Source of the DNA: the human T2T-CHM13v2.0 reference genome, Homo sapiens
Assembly: GCF_009914755.1 (NCBI RefSeq)
Contig: NC_060934.1
Length of the DNA stretch: 64,000 nucleotides
Reading direction: 5' to 3' (one strand)
Shown: in pieces, positions 63,073-64,000 of the stretch
How the letters are laid out: each line of letters begins with the position of its first letter
Numbering within the stretch: the first letter of the stretch is position 1
Notes under the pieces: generated by a model
What the model was told of the DNA's origin: nothing
The model's input: only the letters and a program-made list of their open reading frames with translations
Databases searched by the model: none
Position numbers and translations under genes: made by a program

Positions 63073-63144
63073 CAGGCAAATACTTCCTGAGATCTTAGAC
63101 TATATCTGAATAAACTGAGTGAAAATATTTTATATGTAAGGACA

Positions 63145-63241
63145 ATATCTATCTACTTATCTGTCTATCTCTCTATCTATCTCTCTATCTATCTATCTAT
63201 CCATGTATCTATCCATCCATCCTACCTATCTAACTATCTAT
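63145..63241. repeat. Degenerate (TCTA)n/(TCCA)n
   Basis: Visible array. Confidence 0.9.
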
Positions 63242-63593
63242 TGGTCACCTGTAATTCTACAGAGACATAATTAAGTGCTGAGTAATTAAGAAAGGAGAAA
63301 AATGGAAGGATAAGACAGTATGTGCCCAGGAGGAATCTATGATATACGTAGCTGGCAAGATGTGCCTATTCGGTCGTGCCCATTTTAAATTAGCATTCTC
63401 TGTAGTTTTCTTCTTAGAAATCATCTCTCCCTAACACACACACACGTGTGCGCACATGCACATATGCACACCACATTGATTTTTATTCTTCTTTTTCAAA
63501 GTTCACAGCTGTTCTATTCCACAGATGAGAGGATATTGGAGAAATGCTATAGAAGAAACAACAAAATGTTAGTACTTCTGGTTTTTTGGGCAA

Positions 63594-63710
63594 TGTGTTG
63601 ATTTCGAGAATGGTCCCAAGGTGTTCATGACTGCCTGTGTTCACTCTGGGCTGGCCATGTGACTTGTTTTGGCCAATAGGGATGGTAGCAAACATGATGC
63701 AGTGGACGGT
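63594..63710 (+). mobile_element. MLT1 LTR fragment
   Basis: tctgggctggccatgtgacttgttttggccaatagg. Confidence 0.7.
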
Positions 63711-63912
63711 GGAAAAATAATTAATGCACACCTGGGACATTGGTAACTCCCATCTTTCCCTCTTTGTTCTTTATTTTCTATCTTCATAGAAAACAGCAAC
63801 TTTTACATTTGCAGTAAAAACAATGGCAGTTTACTCTCCCTTCCATTTGGTGGTGTGTTGGTAAATGTTTAACCTTTAGTTCTTTGAGAAATTAAAAAGC
63901 CCTACACAGAGA

Positions 63913-64000
63913 TACTTCATCTTTACAAAAAATTAGCTGGCCATGGTGGCAAGCACCTGTAGCCTCAGCTACTTGGGAGGCTGAGGCAGGAGGATTGCTT
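63913..64000 (+). mobile_element. Alu right arm (J-like), cut by window edge
   Basis: aaattagctggccatggtggc...ggaggattgctt. Confidence 0.88.

Overview
Primate (most likely human) non-coding DNA, either intergenic or a large intron, dominated by transposable elements. It holds about 38 Alu/FLAM copies, a 4.6-kb 5'-truncated dead L1PA3/4-type LINE-1 (9435-14082), many older L1PA/L1M fragments, L2, MIR, MaLR LTRs (MST/MLT1), a MER34-type LTR, the Tigger MITEs MER2 and MER44A, and microsatellites. No protein-coding gene, CpG island, tRNA/rRNA or CRISPR array is supported; the longer ORFs in the track are L1 or Alu read-throughs. I find no evidence of a new biological system. The noteworthy items are structural fossils: an ancient U6 snRNA/L1 chimeric retrocopy, a locally templated L2 patch inside a younger L1, a 150-bp local duplication split by an Alu, a TSD-less L1PA insertion suggesting a deletion, a four-tier nested TE stack, and several short tandem duplications. 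Repeat subfamily calls come from remembered consensus sequences, and boundaries are approximate (about 10-20 bp for old elements).
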